This document shows, one piece after another, positions 29,477 through 39,638 of a stretch of 64,000 nt of DNA. The position numbers and the translations under genes are program-made. Origin of the DNA: Acidimicrobiia bacterium (GTDB taxonomy: Bacteria > Actinomycetota > Acidimicrobiia > Spongiisociales > Spongiisociaceae); assembly GCA_963663955.1 (NCBI GenBank), contig OY760694.1, positions 1,158,327-1,222,326 of the forward strand, read 5' to 3'. The notes under the pieces are model-generated. The model saw nothing but the letters and a program-made list of their open reading frames with translations, searched no databases and was not told the DNA's origin. Positions within the stretch are counted from its first letter, which is position 1, and the number at the start of each line of letters is the position of its first letter.

Positions 29477-31141
29477 TCAGATGACTGCGAGGGGGGCCAT
29501 CGCGTCGATGTCGGTTACGACGTCGATCACTGCCGGCCGTTCCGCTTCTAAGGCTTGCTCCATCGCCGGACGGAAGTCGGATGGATCCTCAACCCGGATG
29601 CCCAGCGCGCCCATCTCCGCCGCCAAGCGAGCGAAGTTCACGTCGGTGAACGTCCAGAGGCGCCGACCTTCCGTGGTCTGCCCCCCGCCGTAGGCCCGGT
29701 CGAATCCACGAGCCGATTGATTCCCGGAGCTGTTGTTGTTCACGATGGTGACAGTTGAGATACGCCGGCGGACCGCCGTTTCTACCTCCGCGAGGTGGTA
29801 CCAGAATCCGGCATCTCCCGTGAAGCAGATGACCGGCCGGTCCGGGACAGCGCACTTGGCGCCGAGCGAGGCGGGAAAGGCCCATCCGAGATGTCCGGCG
29901 CTCCGCAGGTAGGTCTGATCTCGAGTACGTATGTCGTACATGCCCCCCATCCACATCCCGGCATGGCCTGTATCCACGACGACGCAGGCATCGTCGGGCA
30001 CTGCGGTCGTGAGTTGTGTACAGATGAGTTCGGGTCGGATCGGGATGGTTTCCGATTCCATGACGGCCTTATAGCGGGTGCGCCATAAGGCGGTTTCCCG
30101 CCGGACGGTCTCGATCCACTCCGATCTCGGGTCGGCAGCCGTTTCGACCCGTTCCAGCATCTTGGCCAACGTTAGTCTCGCATCGGCGTTGATCCCTACC
30201 GCCAGCGGGTAATTTCGGCCGAGTGCTGCGGGGTCGATGTCGATCTGGATTGCTCCAATGCCCGGGCGAGGAACCTGCCAGAAGTGAGTGGTCATGCTGC
30301 CGGTGCTCGATCCCACGAAAAAGACCAGATCGGCTTGGTTCACCACCCGGTTGGCGGAACTGCGCGAGTAGGTCCCTACCACACCGACCGATAACGGATG
30401 GGTTCCGGGGACGGTGTCCTTACCGTTCAACGAGGTGGCTATCGGAATAGACAACCGCTCGGCGAGTTCCACCAACTCAGCGGAGGCTCGTGACGTTCTG
30501 ACCCCGCCTCCGGCCACGATAACCGGACGGCGGGCCCGGTCCAGAAGGGAGAGCGCTTCCGCGATGTCTTCGTCCCGCGGCCGTGGTCTGGAGGGGGGAA
30601 TCCTTGAGGAGGACTCTTCGATGTAAGGATCGAGGTCGGCCTCGTCGAGTTCCACCTGCCCTTCGTTACCCGCGAACTGTAGATGCGCCGGGCCGGGGCA
30701 ACCCGAAACAGCCGACCGGAACGCGGAACGCACCAGATCAGGGAGTCGATCCACCCGGTCGACGGTTCGGTTGAACTTGGTGACGTTGACAAAGGCGGGT
30801 AGGTCGTCCGCCTCTTGGTAGACACCACGTCCCGCGAACTCCGGATGGAGACCGCCCGTCATAGCGATAACAGGGGAGTGGGCGAGGTGAGCCTCTCGCA
30901 ACCCGGCAGCCAGGTTGAGCGCCCCCACCGCCTGAGCCATGCATATGCCCGGCTTGCCGGCAACCCGTGCATACCCGTCGGCCATGTATGCCGCAGCCTT
31001 CTCTCCGTGGGTATGGATGCGCCGGATACCGAACTTTTCCATCTCCGCCATCGTGTGGCGCAGGATGGCGGGGACCATGAAGACATGGGTGACGCCGTAC
31101 GAGTGCAGCATCCCCGCCAGAGCCCGAGCACCGGTGATCAT
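29477..31141 (-). CDS. Thiamine-pyrophosphate-dependent enzyme (acetolactate synthase large subunit / sulfoacetaldehyde acetyltransferase-like)
   Basis: 554 aa with TPP-PYR, central and TPP-PP domains. The TPP motif is GDAGF...NN. Confidence 0.85.
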   Translation of the reverse strand: MITGARALAGMLHSYGVTHVFMVPAILRHTMAEMEKFGIRRIHTHGEKAAAYMADGYARVAGKPGICMAQAVGALNLAAGLREAHLAHSPVIAMTGGLHPEFAGRGVYQEADDLPAFVNVTKFNRTVDRVDRLPDLVRSAFRSAVSGCPGPAHLQFAGNEGQVELDEADLDPYIEESSSRIPPSRPRPRDEDIAEALSLLDRARRPVIVAGGGVRTSRASAELVELAERLSIPIATSLNGKDTVPGTHPLSVGVVGTYSRSSANRVVNQADLVFFVGSSTGSMTTHFWQVPRPGIGAIQIDIDPAALGRNYPLAVGINADARLTLAKMLERVETAADPRSEWIETVRRETALWRTRYKAVMESETIPIRPELICTQLTTAVPDDACVVVDTGHAGMWMGGMYDIRTRDQTYLRSAGHLGWAFPASLGAKCAVPDRPVICFTGDAGFWYHLAEVETAVRRRISTVTIVNNNSSGNQSARGFDRAYGGGQTTEGRRLWTFTDVNFARLAAEMGALGIRVEDPSDFRPAMEQALEAERPAVIDVVTDIDAMAPLAVI

Positions 31142-31385
31142 GGTCCGACCTTAACCCCGACCTGGCGTCTGTTCATCCGGTGGGAAGGTGTCCGGGCCAC
31201 ACGGCTGGATCAGACCGATGTGATCAAGGTTGGCGCCGTGCTTTCTCGGTTCCGGTCTACTTTCGGTAATCCACCGGGTCCGTCCGATCCCTGATCGCCC
31301 ACAGGATCGAATCTCCGTTCCGCCGTCTTCGGAGGCGGGGTACTCAAGATGACTTCGGCAGAGGGGTTGCCGACTGCTATGGGGT

Positions 31386-32682
31386 TTATGCTTCCCAGAG
31401 CATTTTGATGGGCATGGCGAACAGGCGTTCCGACACTCGCTGGATGCGTTCGCCGTCATGGAGGAGGATGCCGCAGACAAAGCGGTCTCCCGTAGCGCTC
31501 CTAATACGCTTCAGACCCTTGAAGTGCCGCGGTAGGGCGGTTGCGCCGGCCTTGACCTCGATACCTACGACCGTGCCGGGCGAACATTCCAATATGAGGT
31601 CAACTTCGACACCGTCCTTGTTCCGGTAGTGGCTGATTGTGGTTGGTTCCTCGCTGAGAGCTACGGCCTTAGAAAGTTCTGCGTAAACGAAGCCTTCCAG
31701 GAGGGGACCTAGCTTCTGCCGGTCTTTCAAGACCTCAGGCCGGCCTACCCGCACAAGAGTTGCCAACAATCCGGAATCCAAAAAGTGCAGCTTGGGCGCC
31801 TTCACCAGCCGCTTCAGTTCATTGTTGTGCCATGCCCTCACTCGATGAACAAGGAACATCTGCTCGAAGAGGGTGATCCAGCGATCCACAGTCTTGGCGT
31901 CCACGCCGAGTTGAGCGGCAAGGCGACTGGTGTTGAGTAGTTGGCCGGATGAGATCGCTGTCCGCTCCATTAGGAGTCTCCCGTTTGGTTACTTTGGCAA
32001 GATCGTAGACTTCGCGCTCGGCCAGGGAACGAGCATAGGAGAGTATCCAGGCCCGGCGCCGGAGTGGATCACTTCGGGCTAACGCCAGGGGAAATCCGCC
32101 GGAAACCACCCGTTCGATCAGGTCGGCGGTAGGTCCGGTGTTCTGGTATGTCGCGAAGCCTCCGATGAAAGCCTGGTCAAGGAAACCTGGTGGGGGAGTG
32201 CCCGCTATCTCAGCTTGTGAGAAGGGCAGCAGGGTTATGGTTTCCACCCGTCCAGCAAGCGAGTCCGGGGAGGACGAAACCGCAAACAGGTCTACGGAAC
32301 CGGTGATCAAGAAACGTCCCGGGCGAGGGTCCTCGTCTACCTGCTTCTTCAGGGCGAGCAGCATGTCGGGAACACGCTGTATTTCGTCGATCACCGCATA
32401 TTCGAGACCTCTGATGAAGCCATCCGGATCATCGCGGGCGAAACGTCTATTTTGGTCGTCGTCCAGCGTGATGAAGGGCCGACCGTCGTCCTCCGCTACT
32501 CGGCGGGCGAGAGTTGTTTTACCGGACTGGCGCGGCCCGACGATGGCGACGATACGTGTGTCCGAGAGCGCGGTTCGAATCCGTGCCTCGGCGTGCCGAT
32601 CTACAAAGCCGCCGCCGATGAGTGCGTCCATGATTTGGTCTCCGTCCGATCCGGAATTGTTAACCGTCTGATTTGGAATCAC
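31386..32682 (-). pseudogene. AAA+ ATPase (AAA_14 + DUF4143 family), frameshifted
   Basis: The N-terminal ORF (32682-31819, Walker A GPRQSGKTT) and the C-terminal ORF (31970-31386, DUF4143-like) overlap in different frames. Together they equal the intact paralog next door. Confidence 0.7.
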
Positions 32683-32867
32683 GACACCATTCGAGTCCTA
32701 TCAATCCAGCACAGTCATATAGACGGAATTGCCGACTACATGGACGGGTCAACGACAGTGACACCCCCGATGCGCCGGTACCGCGGGTACGGAGGCCAGA
32801 TACCCTCGACCGGGTGGAAGAGATAAGGATATTTGGGACTGTCCCGGCATTACGCCGCTCGCTGTAC

Positions 32868-34160
32868 TCATGGACCCAGGGAGGTGATGGGGATCACGCA
32901 CACCCCGTCGGGTCGCTCGAATGCATAGCCGGTAGCCGTGACCACGATCAGTCGCGACGGAAGGCCTTGCGAGGCGCTATCGACTCTGGCTCGGAGCCGG
33001 AGCAGGGACGCCGCGGCCTTGTCGATGGCTTCTCGGCCACCCAGTTTGACCTCTACCGCAGCCCAGCGTCCGTCCGGTTGGGATATCACCAGGTCCACCT
33101 CCAAACCCTGGCTGTCCCGGTAGTGGGAGACAGACGCCCGGATGGCTCCGGCGTAGACCTGGATATCGCGGATCACCATCGATTCGAAAAGGCGCCCGGC
33201 GAACCGCAGATCTCGCAGCAGGGCATGCACCCCCGTGTCCAGTACGGCCGCTGTGAGGGAGGGATCGACGAGGTGGAGTTTTGGCGCCTTGCGGACCTGA
33301 GCCCGAGATGCCAGATGAGGTCTCCACGCCGGCACCCTCTCCACCACGAACAGACGCTCGAGGGCGTCGAGGTACCGGCCGACTGTGCGGCGTTCCAGCG
33401 TAGGAAGTCCGTTACCCGGCGCTGTGTCCGCCGCCAGCGTGGTGTGTTTGACGTCTGTAGCCACGTTCCGGGCTATCGAGACCAGGAGGCGCTGCACCTT
33501 GAGTGGGTTCCGCTCGACGCCGTCCACTCTCGATACGTCGGTGCGGGTGATCTCTGACAGGTAGGCCCGGGCAGCGTCACCCGCCACATCGACGCTCGCG
33601 CCGACGTGTTGCGGCCACCCACCCCGGCAGGCCAACTCGAGCACATGGCCGAGGGAATGTCCCTGGTCCGGCGCCCGGCAAGGCCCACTGTCCAGGAGCT
33701 CGCCCAGGGAGATCCGACCTTCCGAGTCGCCGGACTCGATCAGACTCATGGGACGCATGCGCACCCTGACGATCCGGCCGGCACCGGAGTGTCGGGTGAT
33801 GTTATCGGGCGGGTCAGCCGAGCCGGTGAGAATGAATTGCCCCTTGAGCCCTCGCGCATCGCAGGCGCGCCGCATCGGGTTCCAGATGCCGGGCGCTAGC
33901 TGCCATTCATCCAGCAACCGCGGCGCCTCACCATCAAGGACCGCGGCATGATCCATACCCGCTGCCAGCGCCTCTCCGACGCGTTCGTCCAGAAACAGGG
34001 CGCTTCGAGCGAATCTCCTACTCGTCCAGGTCTTGCCACAGGCTCTCGGACCCTCTACGACAACGGCGGGCATGGTCTCCAGCGCAGAACGCATCCGAGA
34101 GTCCACGATCCGGGGCAGGTAACCGACGGGTATCATTCTGTCCGATTCCACCTGTCGCAC
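32868..34160 (-). CDS. AAA+ ATPase (AAA_14 + DUF4143 family), intact paralog
   Basis: Walker A GPRACGKTW, Walker B DEWQ, and a C-terminal DUF4143-like region (KLHLVDPSL). Confidence 0.8.
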   Translation of the reverse strand: MRQVESDRMIPVGYLPRIVDSRMRSALETMPAVVVEGPRACGKTWTSRRFARSALFLDERVGEALAAGMDHAAVLDGEAPRLLDEWQLAPGIWNPMRRACDARGLKGQFILTGSADPPDNITRHSGAGRIVRVRMRPMSLIESGDSEGRISLGELLDSGPCRAPDQGHSLGHVLELACRGGWPQHVGASVDVAGDAARAYLSEITRTDVSRVDGVERNPLKVQRLLVSIARNVATDVKHTTLAADTAPGNGLPTLERRTVGRYLDALERLFVVERVPAWRPHLASRAQVRKAPKLHLVDPSLTAAVLDTGVHALLRDLRFAGRLFESMVIRDIQVYAGAIRASVSHYRDSQGLEVDLVISQPDGRWAAVEVKLGGREAIDKAAASLLRLRARVDSASQGLPSRLIVVTATGYAFERPDGVCVIPITSLGP

Positions 34161-34299
34161 TTCCTCTTACCCTCGTACGATAGGCTAGCCCAAGGCTATA
34201 TGCCAGTTTATCGGCACTCCATATGCCAATAAACTGGCGCTTTAGAGCTTGCTCTGGATGGGGAGAGTTGCTTCGGGCGGGTCGCCTTGGCCGATTCCT

Positions 34300-34412
34300 T
34301 GCGCGGTTACCAGTACCGGGTTGGCCGCGGGTCCGTTATTAGGCTCCACCAAGAAGGCGTTGGCCCCAAGAGTCATCGTGAACCTCTCAATGGATTCCAT
34401 CCGACCGCCGTT
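34300..34412 (-). pseudogene. Relic 5' end (promoter-proximal region plus first codons) of a paralog of the OLD/PARIS-like ATPase gene
   Basis: It aligns to 37945-38090, covering the upstream region, start codon and P-loop-encoding segment of the 36268-38064 gene. There is a roughly 43-bp internal deletion (encodes MESIERFTMTLGANAFLVEPNNG...). Confidence 0.65.
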
Positions 34413-35391
34413 TCGTGACGGACCTGAGCCTGGATCCACCGGCGGGTTTTGGTGGTTTGGTGGTTGGATAGACGTGGAAAGTGCCTCTGGTCTGGGACAA
34501 TAGCCGTAAGCGATGGGGCTGTTGGTCCAGATTTGGTAGGCACTTCCTGTGAGTGGAGTATGGCAGAGTATTGACCGGTTGGGGGTTGTTTTCGATGATG
34601 GGGGTTGGTGGCGGATGGGGGTTTGCTGCTGGCGGGGACGGTGATGAGCCGTCTGGGGTTGGAAGCTTTGGTGGATGACACGGTGCGGTTGGGTGGTCGG
34701 GTTGGTGGCGCGAGTCCGGGTCGTAAGGTGCTGAGTTTGGTTGCTTCGATGCTGATGGGGGGTTCTCATATTGATCATGCGGATTGGCTGCGGGCCGGGG
34801 CTTCGGGTCGGGTGTTGCCCCATCGGGTGATGGCTCCGTCTACGTTGGGTACGTTTCTGCGTTCGTTTACTTGGGGGCATGTACGCCAGTTGGAAAAGGC
34901 GTTGACGTTGTCGACAGGTCGGGCGTGGGAAGCGGGCGCGGGTCCGGGCGGACACCGGGGAAGTGGTCGGCGCCCGGCTTCGGGAAGGGTCTTCGCAGCG
35001 GGGTGTGGTCCATTTCGCTCGGGAAACCATCGGTCGGGTGCGGAGGGCCGGAGTTTCGGGTGGGATAAGGGTTCGAGCCGATTCGGGATTCTATTCCTAC
35101 CAGATGTTCCGAACCCTGAACCGGGCGGGTGTCGACTGGTCGATCACCGCGCCCCGATACAAGAACGTTCTTGAAGCGATCTCGGGTATCGACGAAGACG
35201 CCTGGGCTTCTATCGACTATCCCCAAGAGGGTGTAGCGCAGGTCGCGGAGACCGTGATACAGGCGACGCATCGTACCCACCGGCGGGAACACATAAAACT
35301 ACGTTTGGTGGTACGCCGCACCCGTCTGGTGGGTTCCCACGCCACACTGTTTTCCGACAAACCCGGTACGGTTCATCCGGTTCCAGCGTGA
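34412..35391 (+). mobile_element. IS1380-family transposase remnant (frameshifted and C-terminally truncated)
   Basis: Overlapping ORFs encode ...LLLAGTVMSRLGLEALVDDTVRLGG...HRVMAPSTLGTFLRSFTW... and ...RADSGFYSYQM..., typical of IS1380-type DDE transposases. The fragments lie in different frames and total about 260 aa, not about 450. Confidence 0.55.
35353..35375 (+). repeat. Solo copy of the IS3-element right terminal inverted repeat
   Basis: TCCGACAAACCCGGTACGGTTCA matches the right end of the IS3 element at 44489-44511 at 22 of 23 positions. Confidence 0.5.
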
Positions 35392-36267
35392 CTCTTGTGC
35401 CCATTTCGCGAAGGTGGCGCCTGACGCGCCCTATCCTCGAGCCGGATACGCCGCCAGCTACGTGACTATTGGGTGGCCGGCAGAACTCTACATCTGTCAA
35501 CACATAGCCCACCGCGAGGTAGGCGTGTTCCTGAGCGGAAAGAACGGTAGAGGGGATCCCGATGTCAAGAAGCGAATTGCACAGTGCGCAGCCGCGCTCA
35601 CGAAAGAGCTGGGGGAGGGGATAAGAGTTTCACGGGTCCTCGACTCACCAGCGCACCGACTCCAACGACCTGAGCAATTGGGACAAAATGGCACATTGCT
35701 CGAAGGCCGGCGAGCAATCTACGAACGAGTTCTGTCGAACGGCACTCCCCTCAACAGCGGCTGACTTGAGACTCGCCAACCGACAGAAACGGCTTGCGCC
35801 TGGGGTGGCGGAGAGCGAGAGTCCCTGATAAACGTCGCGTTCCGGTTTCCGCCGTGCCTTGTCTATATGCTTGCCACTCCAACCACCGCGATCCTTCCAT
35901 CGGAAAGGCCACCCGGAGGTCCGGCGTACGCTGTTCTCCGTCATCTGGGATCGAATCTGGTGATCGCTAACACCCTCGCCGATGAGATCCAAGGGGCCTG
36001 ATCGGAGGGGTCAATGAAGGCGAAGGCCCTCTTGCAAACCGGTGCGGTCGCCTGTGACGGGGTTTAGAAGGCCCAGGTAAACATCCCTGTTTGACCCGGT
36101 TGCCAACACAATATCCCCACAGTGTGATCCCTTGCTCATCTCAGCCTTCCTACCGTGGCACGGAGGTTACTTCGTGCGGGCCGCCATGGCCGATTTCCTT
36201 TGCGCGGTTATCAGGACCTGGTCGACCGAGGGTTCAGATCTGATTCGAGCACCGCGGGTAGTTGTCC

Positions 36268-38064
36268 CTACCACATGTGGTGGCCGAGCCGTCGTGGTTG
36301 AGTCGCGTTACCGACGATGCTGGAGTTGACCTCGAACAGCCAGTTGTGCATCTCCTCGGGTATCTCGGATTTGCGTAGTTGGCGAGCGAGGTGCTTGGTC
36401 GATACGGTCGTGTAACCGGCCTGCTGGAGGGTCTTGTTCAGTTCGTTCAGTATTGATTTGGCCGGATACCTGTGAAGGCGCCAGACGGGATCCGAGACTC
36501 GTGGCCTTAGCTCTGTGTTTGTTACGCTGATAGTGCGGGCTAGGTTCTTCTTGCCGAACGGGCTGAAGAAATGACGTTTTTCGGCGAACTGGGCCAGAAC
36601 ATCTTCCGTCATATCGTCTGTGATTGAATCCAACTGGGACGAGATATAACTCGGCGATGAGTTTGACACGCGGGCTAGTGCTGTTGGGTCAAGTAGATAG
36701 TTCTCAAGCTCCTTTCGCTTCCAGATATGGGCGTGGACGCCGACCGCATCAAGACTCGAGCACACCTTGCCAACGTCGACATCGGCTCGATAGTCGCGAT
36801 CCAACAGCACATATACCTCAACGGAACCATCGAGGAAATCTGAGACGAACCACTTAAAAGGTTCGACGCGGACCCAGTTGCTGAAGCCCTTGATCTCAAT
36901 TACTGCACAGTTGTGCTCGCGGGCCAGGTTGTTGGCACCTACGGTCTTCGCCAACTCCCGGATGATGGACATGTCGTCCCCTTCCACAAAGACCACGGTT
37001 CGGGCACGGAGGGCCGCTGCGAGCCGCAAGTTGAAGCTTGAGCCGATCTGGGTCGATAGATCCTCGAGCGATGCTGGCTTGGGTCGACGAACGGCCCTGC
37101 GGCGGGACTTGTCAACCCACACAACCGAGTCAGAAGACGCTTCCGCGAGCATCTCGGATGAGTGGGTTGCAGTGATCGTCTGCGCTGGCGTTGAGTCAAG
37201 CAACCTCACTAGACGCCGCTGGAGGTCAGCATGTAGATAGAGGTCAGGCTCATCAAGGATCACCACATCTGCCGACCGAAGGCGCCAGAGGTGGGTCAGG
37301 ATCTGTACGAAGATCTGCATGCCATCGCCGACCCAGTAGAGCTCCTTCGGCGTCCTGTCGCCACGCTGTTGCACGAGCGCGTCGATCTCTCGGTCGCCAA
37401 GCTCTCTGCCGGGACGTGTCGTCACCAAGAGTTTTTCAATTTCCGGGAGCCATGAGGTCACGAACTCGTTGAAGTTCTCCAACTCGCCGTCGCGCTTGAT
37501 CCGACGCAGATGGTTACGAGCATGCTGGCTGGACCTTCTGCCCTGGAAGTGGGCCCGTAGGTACTTCGTATCCCGGACTGTTTCGGTGTGGTTCAGTGGG
37601 TAGAGGCCCGGGATGACCCCGATCTGGCCGGTCAGTCCTCGAACCTCGCGTGGCTCCGAGATCGATCGTTCGTCGGGGTGGCGTAGGTAGAAGAACGGCT
37701 CTCGAGAGTCGTCGTCATCGGAGGGCCAAACCCCAGTGAGTATCAGTTTGGTGTCGGTACGAATAGATACGGCCGACTCTCCGGGGCGGAATTGGTGTCG
37801 AAGGTTCTCCGTCACCAAGCCGTACTGATCCGCGCGGAGCGAATGCGTGCGCGCAAGCCGGTGGCCATGTTCTCGAAATCCGGTCGCCCTTCTCCGGGAA
37901 GCGTGTTCCAACATCCCTGCCGCGACTCTTGCCGCCTCAATAAGGGTTGACTTTCCGGCGTTGTTCGGCCCCACCAAAAAGGCGTTGGCCCCAAGCGTCA
38001 TTGTAAACCTCTCGAAGGCCTTATAGTTCCACAGGTCTAGTTGTTGGATGCGCATGGATTCCAT
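36268..38064 (-). CDS. OLD-family / PARIS-like fusion protein: ABC-type ATPase (AAA_15/21-like) plus C-terminal Toprim/DUF4435-like nuclease domain
   Basis: 598 aa. Walker A GPNNAGKST, signature-like GDGMQ, Walker B VVILDEPDLYLH, H-loop TATHS. The C-terminus has VVFVEGDDMSII and VLLDRDY motifs (Toprim-like E/DxD). Confidence 0.7.
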   Translation of the reverse strand: MESMRIQQLDLWNYKAFERFTMTLGANAFLVGPNNAGKSTLIEAARVAAGMLEHASRRRATGFREHGHRLARTHSLRADQYGLVTENLRHQFRPGESAVSIRTDTKLILTGVWPSDDDDSREPFFYLRHPDERSISEPREVRGLTGQIGVIPGLYPLNHTETVRDTKYLRAHFQGRRSSQHARNHLRRIKRDGELENFNEFVTSWLPEIEKLLVTTRPGRELGDREIDALVQQRGDRTPKELYWVGDGMQIFVQILTHLWRLRSADVVILDEPDLYLHADLQRRLVRLLDSTPAQTITATHSSEMLAEASSDSVVWVDKSRRRAVRRPKPASLEDLSTQIGSSFNLRLAAALRARTVVFVEGDDMSIIRELAKTVGANNLAREHNCAVIEIKGFSNWVRVEPFKWFVSDFLDGSVEVYVLLDRDYRADVDVGKVCSSLDAVGVHAHIWKRKELENYLLDPTALARVSNSSPSYISSQLDSITDDMTEDVLAQFAEKRHFFSPFGKKNLARTISVTNTELRPRVSDPVWRLHRYPAKSILNELNKTLQQAGYTTVSTKHLARQLRKSEIPEEMHNWLFEVNSSIVGNATQPRRLGHHMW

Positions 38065-38255
38065 CCGGCCGCCGTGTTTCGCGACGGAACTCTAGCGGTG
38101 CTTCCTTACGGAGGCTGCGTGATCGTGACGTTAGTGCGAAGTCGCCAACTCCGATGAGAACGGACAACAGCACTAGCCGGATCCTGCTGTGCAGGTATTT
38201 TCCGTGATGTCCTATAATACACGTTATGTAAAGCTGGAGTAGGTCGCAGGTTGCA

Positions 38256-39035
38256 GTGCCCTATGATCCTCACATGACCTCGATCGACCAGCTGTTGGAA
38301 AGCGACCTCGATACAGCTTCAAGGATCGCCGCCGACATCCTTCCGGATGTGGTCGCTGCGCTGGATCTGCTAGTTCCAAAGTTGACAGCTGGAGCGGACC
38401 GTGCCGCGTTGCGCCGCTATTACAACGCGATCGATGGCGCAGCGCAGACTCTGGCATCGTTGCCCGCCGACAATCCGGAAGCCCATGTTCCTTCTTCGGT
38501 GATACACCGACTTCTACAGCGACACATCGTTGAGTTGGCATGGGTAGCCCCGTCAGCGGACGGAACCGGTGTGCTCATCGCGTTGACCGACCGAGTCCGT
38601 GGGCTGGTCGGTGGTTTGCCCCAAGAATGTGTTAAAGCGCGGCCGGATATCGATGAGCACCGTTTCGGATGGCTTTTTGAATCGATTGCCGACCTGGAGT
38701 TCGAACAAAGGTGCGGTTCACCACTGCGACGCGCTATGAGGACTTTGGAACTGTCGAGCGCCGAGATGGCGGGTTTGATGGGGGTGACACGCCAGGCGGT
38801 GGACAAGTGGCTACTCGCCTCGCCGCCAATCGAGCGGATGGCGAAGATCGGAGCGATAGCCGAGATCTCAGACATGCTCCGACACCGACTCCGGGACGGT
38901 ATGCCCCCCGTGGTGGCGCGGCGCCCGGCCGAGGCATACGGAGGACGCAGCATGCTCGACGTGATTGCCGACGACGATCACGAGTGGCTGCGTTGCTCCG
39001 TCAGGGAAAGCTTCGACTTCGCACAGGTAGGGTGA
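38256..39035 (+). CDS. Xre-family antitoxin of a RES-Xre toxin-antitoxin pair (HTH plus C-terminal toxin-binding domain)
   Basis: HTH ELSSAEMAGLMGVTRQAVDKWL. The C-terminus AEAYGGRSMLDVIADDD resembles the DUF2384/MbcA-ParS toxin-binding domain. The stop overlaps the RES gene start (GTGA). Confidence 0.7.
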   Translation: MPYDPHMTSIDQLLESDLDTASRIAADILPDVVAALDLLVPKLTAGADRAALRRYYNAIDGAAQTLASLPADNPEAHVPSSVIHRLLQRHIVELAWVAPSADGTGVLIALTDRVRGLVGGLPQECVKARPDIDEHRFGWLFESIADLEFEQRCGSPLRRAMRTLELSSAEMAGLMGVTRQAVDKWLLASPPIERMAKIGAIAEISDMLRHRLRDGMPPVVARRPAEAYGGRSMLDVIADDDHEWLRCSVRESFDFAQVG

Positions 39036-39547
39036 GCGTGCTGACCGTATCGATCGGTGGATCGTATTACCGGGTCGTTGACCCGGACTGGGCGGACCAG
39101 CTCGACCCGTCCTTCGCTTCTGCGCATCCAGGCCGGCGATGGAATCCGCCCGGGACGGCGTGCCTGTACTTGAACCACAACGTGACCACAGCCCGAGCCA
39201 ATGTGATGAAACGATTCGTAGGCCTTCCCTACGGAACTGAGGATCTCGACCCTGCCACAGCCCCTCTGCTGCTCGGAGTTGTCGTTCCCGATGGAGAAGC
39301 ATCCGACGCCTACACCGAGGCGGGCCTCTCCGCCTTGGGACTACCCCCCACCTACCCGCACGACATCGCCGGTGATATGGTCCCACACTACGTGTGCCAA
39401 CCGATCGGCCGGGCAGTGTATGACGCAGGACTAGACGGTGTCGACTGTCGATCCGTCGTCGCTGACGATTGCCGCGAGTTGGCGTGGTTCCCCAGACGCA
39501 GAACAGCATCCGAGACATCACGACTCGCCTTTGACAACTGGTGGTGA
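39032..39547 (+). CDS. RES-domain toxin
   Basis: 171 aa from a GTG start. It carries the RES signature GRRWNPPGTACLYL with downstream conserved E and S. Confidence 0.8.
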   Translation: MSVLTVSIGGSYYRVVDPDWADQLDPSFASAHPGRRWNPPGTACLYLNHNVTTARANVMKRFVGLPYGTEDLDPATAPLLLGVVVPDGEASDAYTEAGLSALGLPPTYPHDIAGDMVPHYVCQPIGRAVYDAGLDGVDCRSVVADDCRELAWFPRRRTASETSRLAFDNWW

Positions 39548-39638
39548 TAATCAGGCACCCCCCTGTCGACTCGATTCCAGACGCATCACCGTTCGTGGGA
39601 CTTGGTGCGGTGATTATCCACTATAATCACCGCACATT

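Noticed and set aside
34242-35030. 262-aa minus-strand ORF across the IS1380 remnant.
   Set aside because: It is proline/threonine-rich nonsense except its last about 40 residues, which are the decayed ATPase start fragment. It is antisense to the transposase remnant.
35414-35764. 116-aa ORF between the solo IS3 repeat and the OLD-like gene, as a possible partner of the defense gene.
   Set aside because: It is on the wrong strand for an operon with the minus-strand OLD-like gene, has no domain and no RBS. It may be debris from the rearranged region, and confidence is too low to call.
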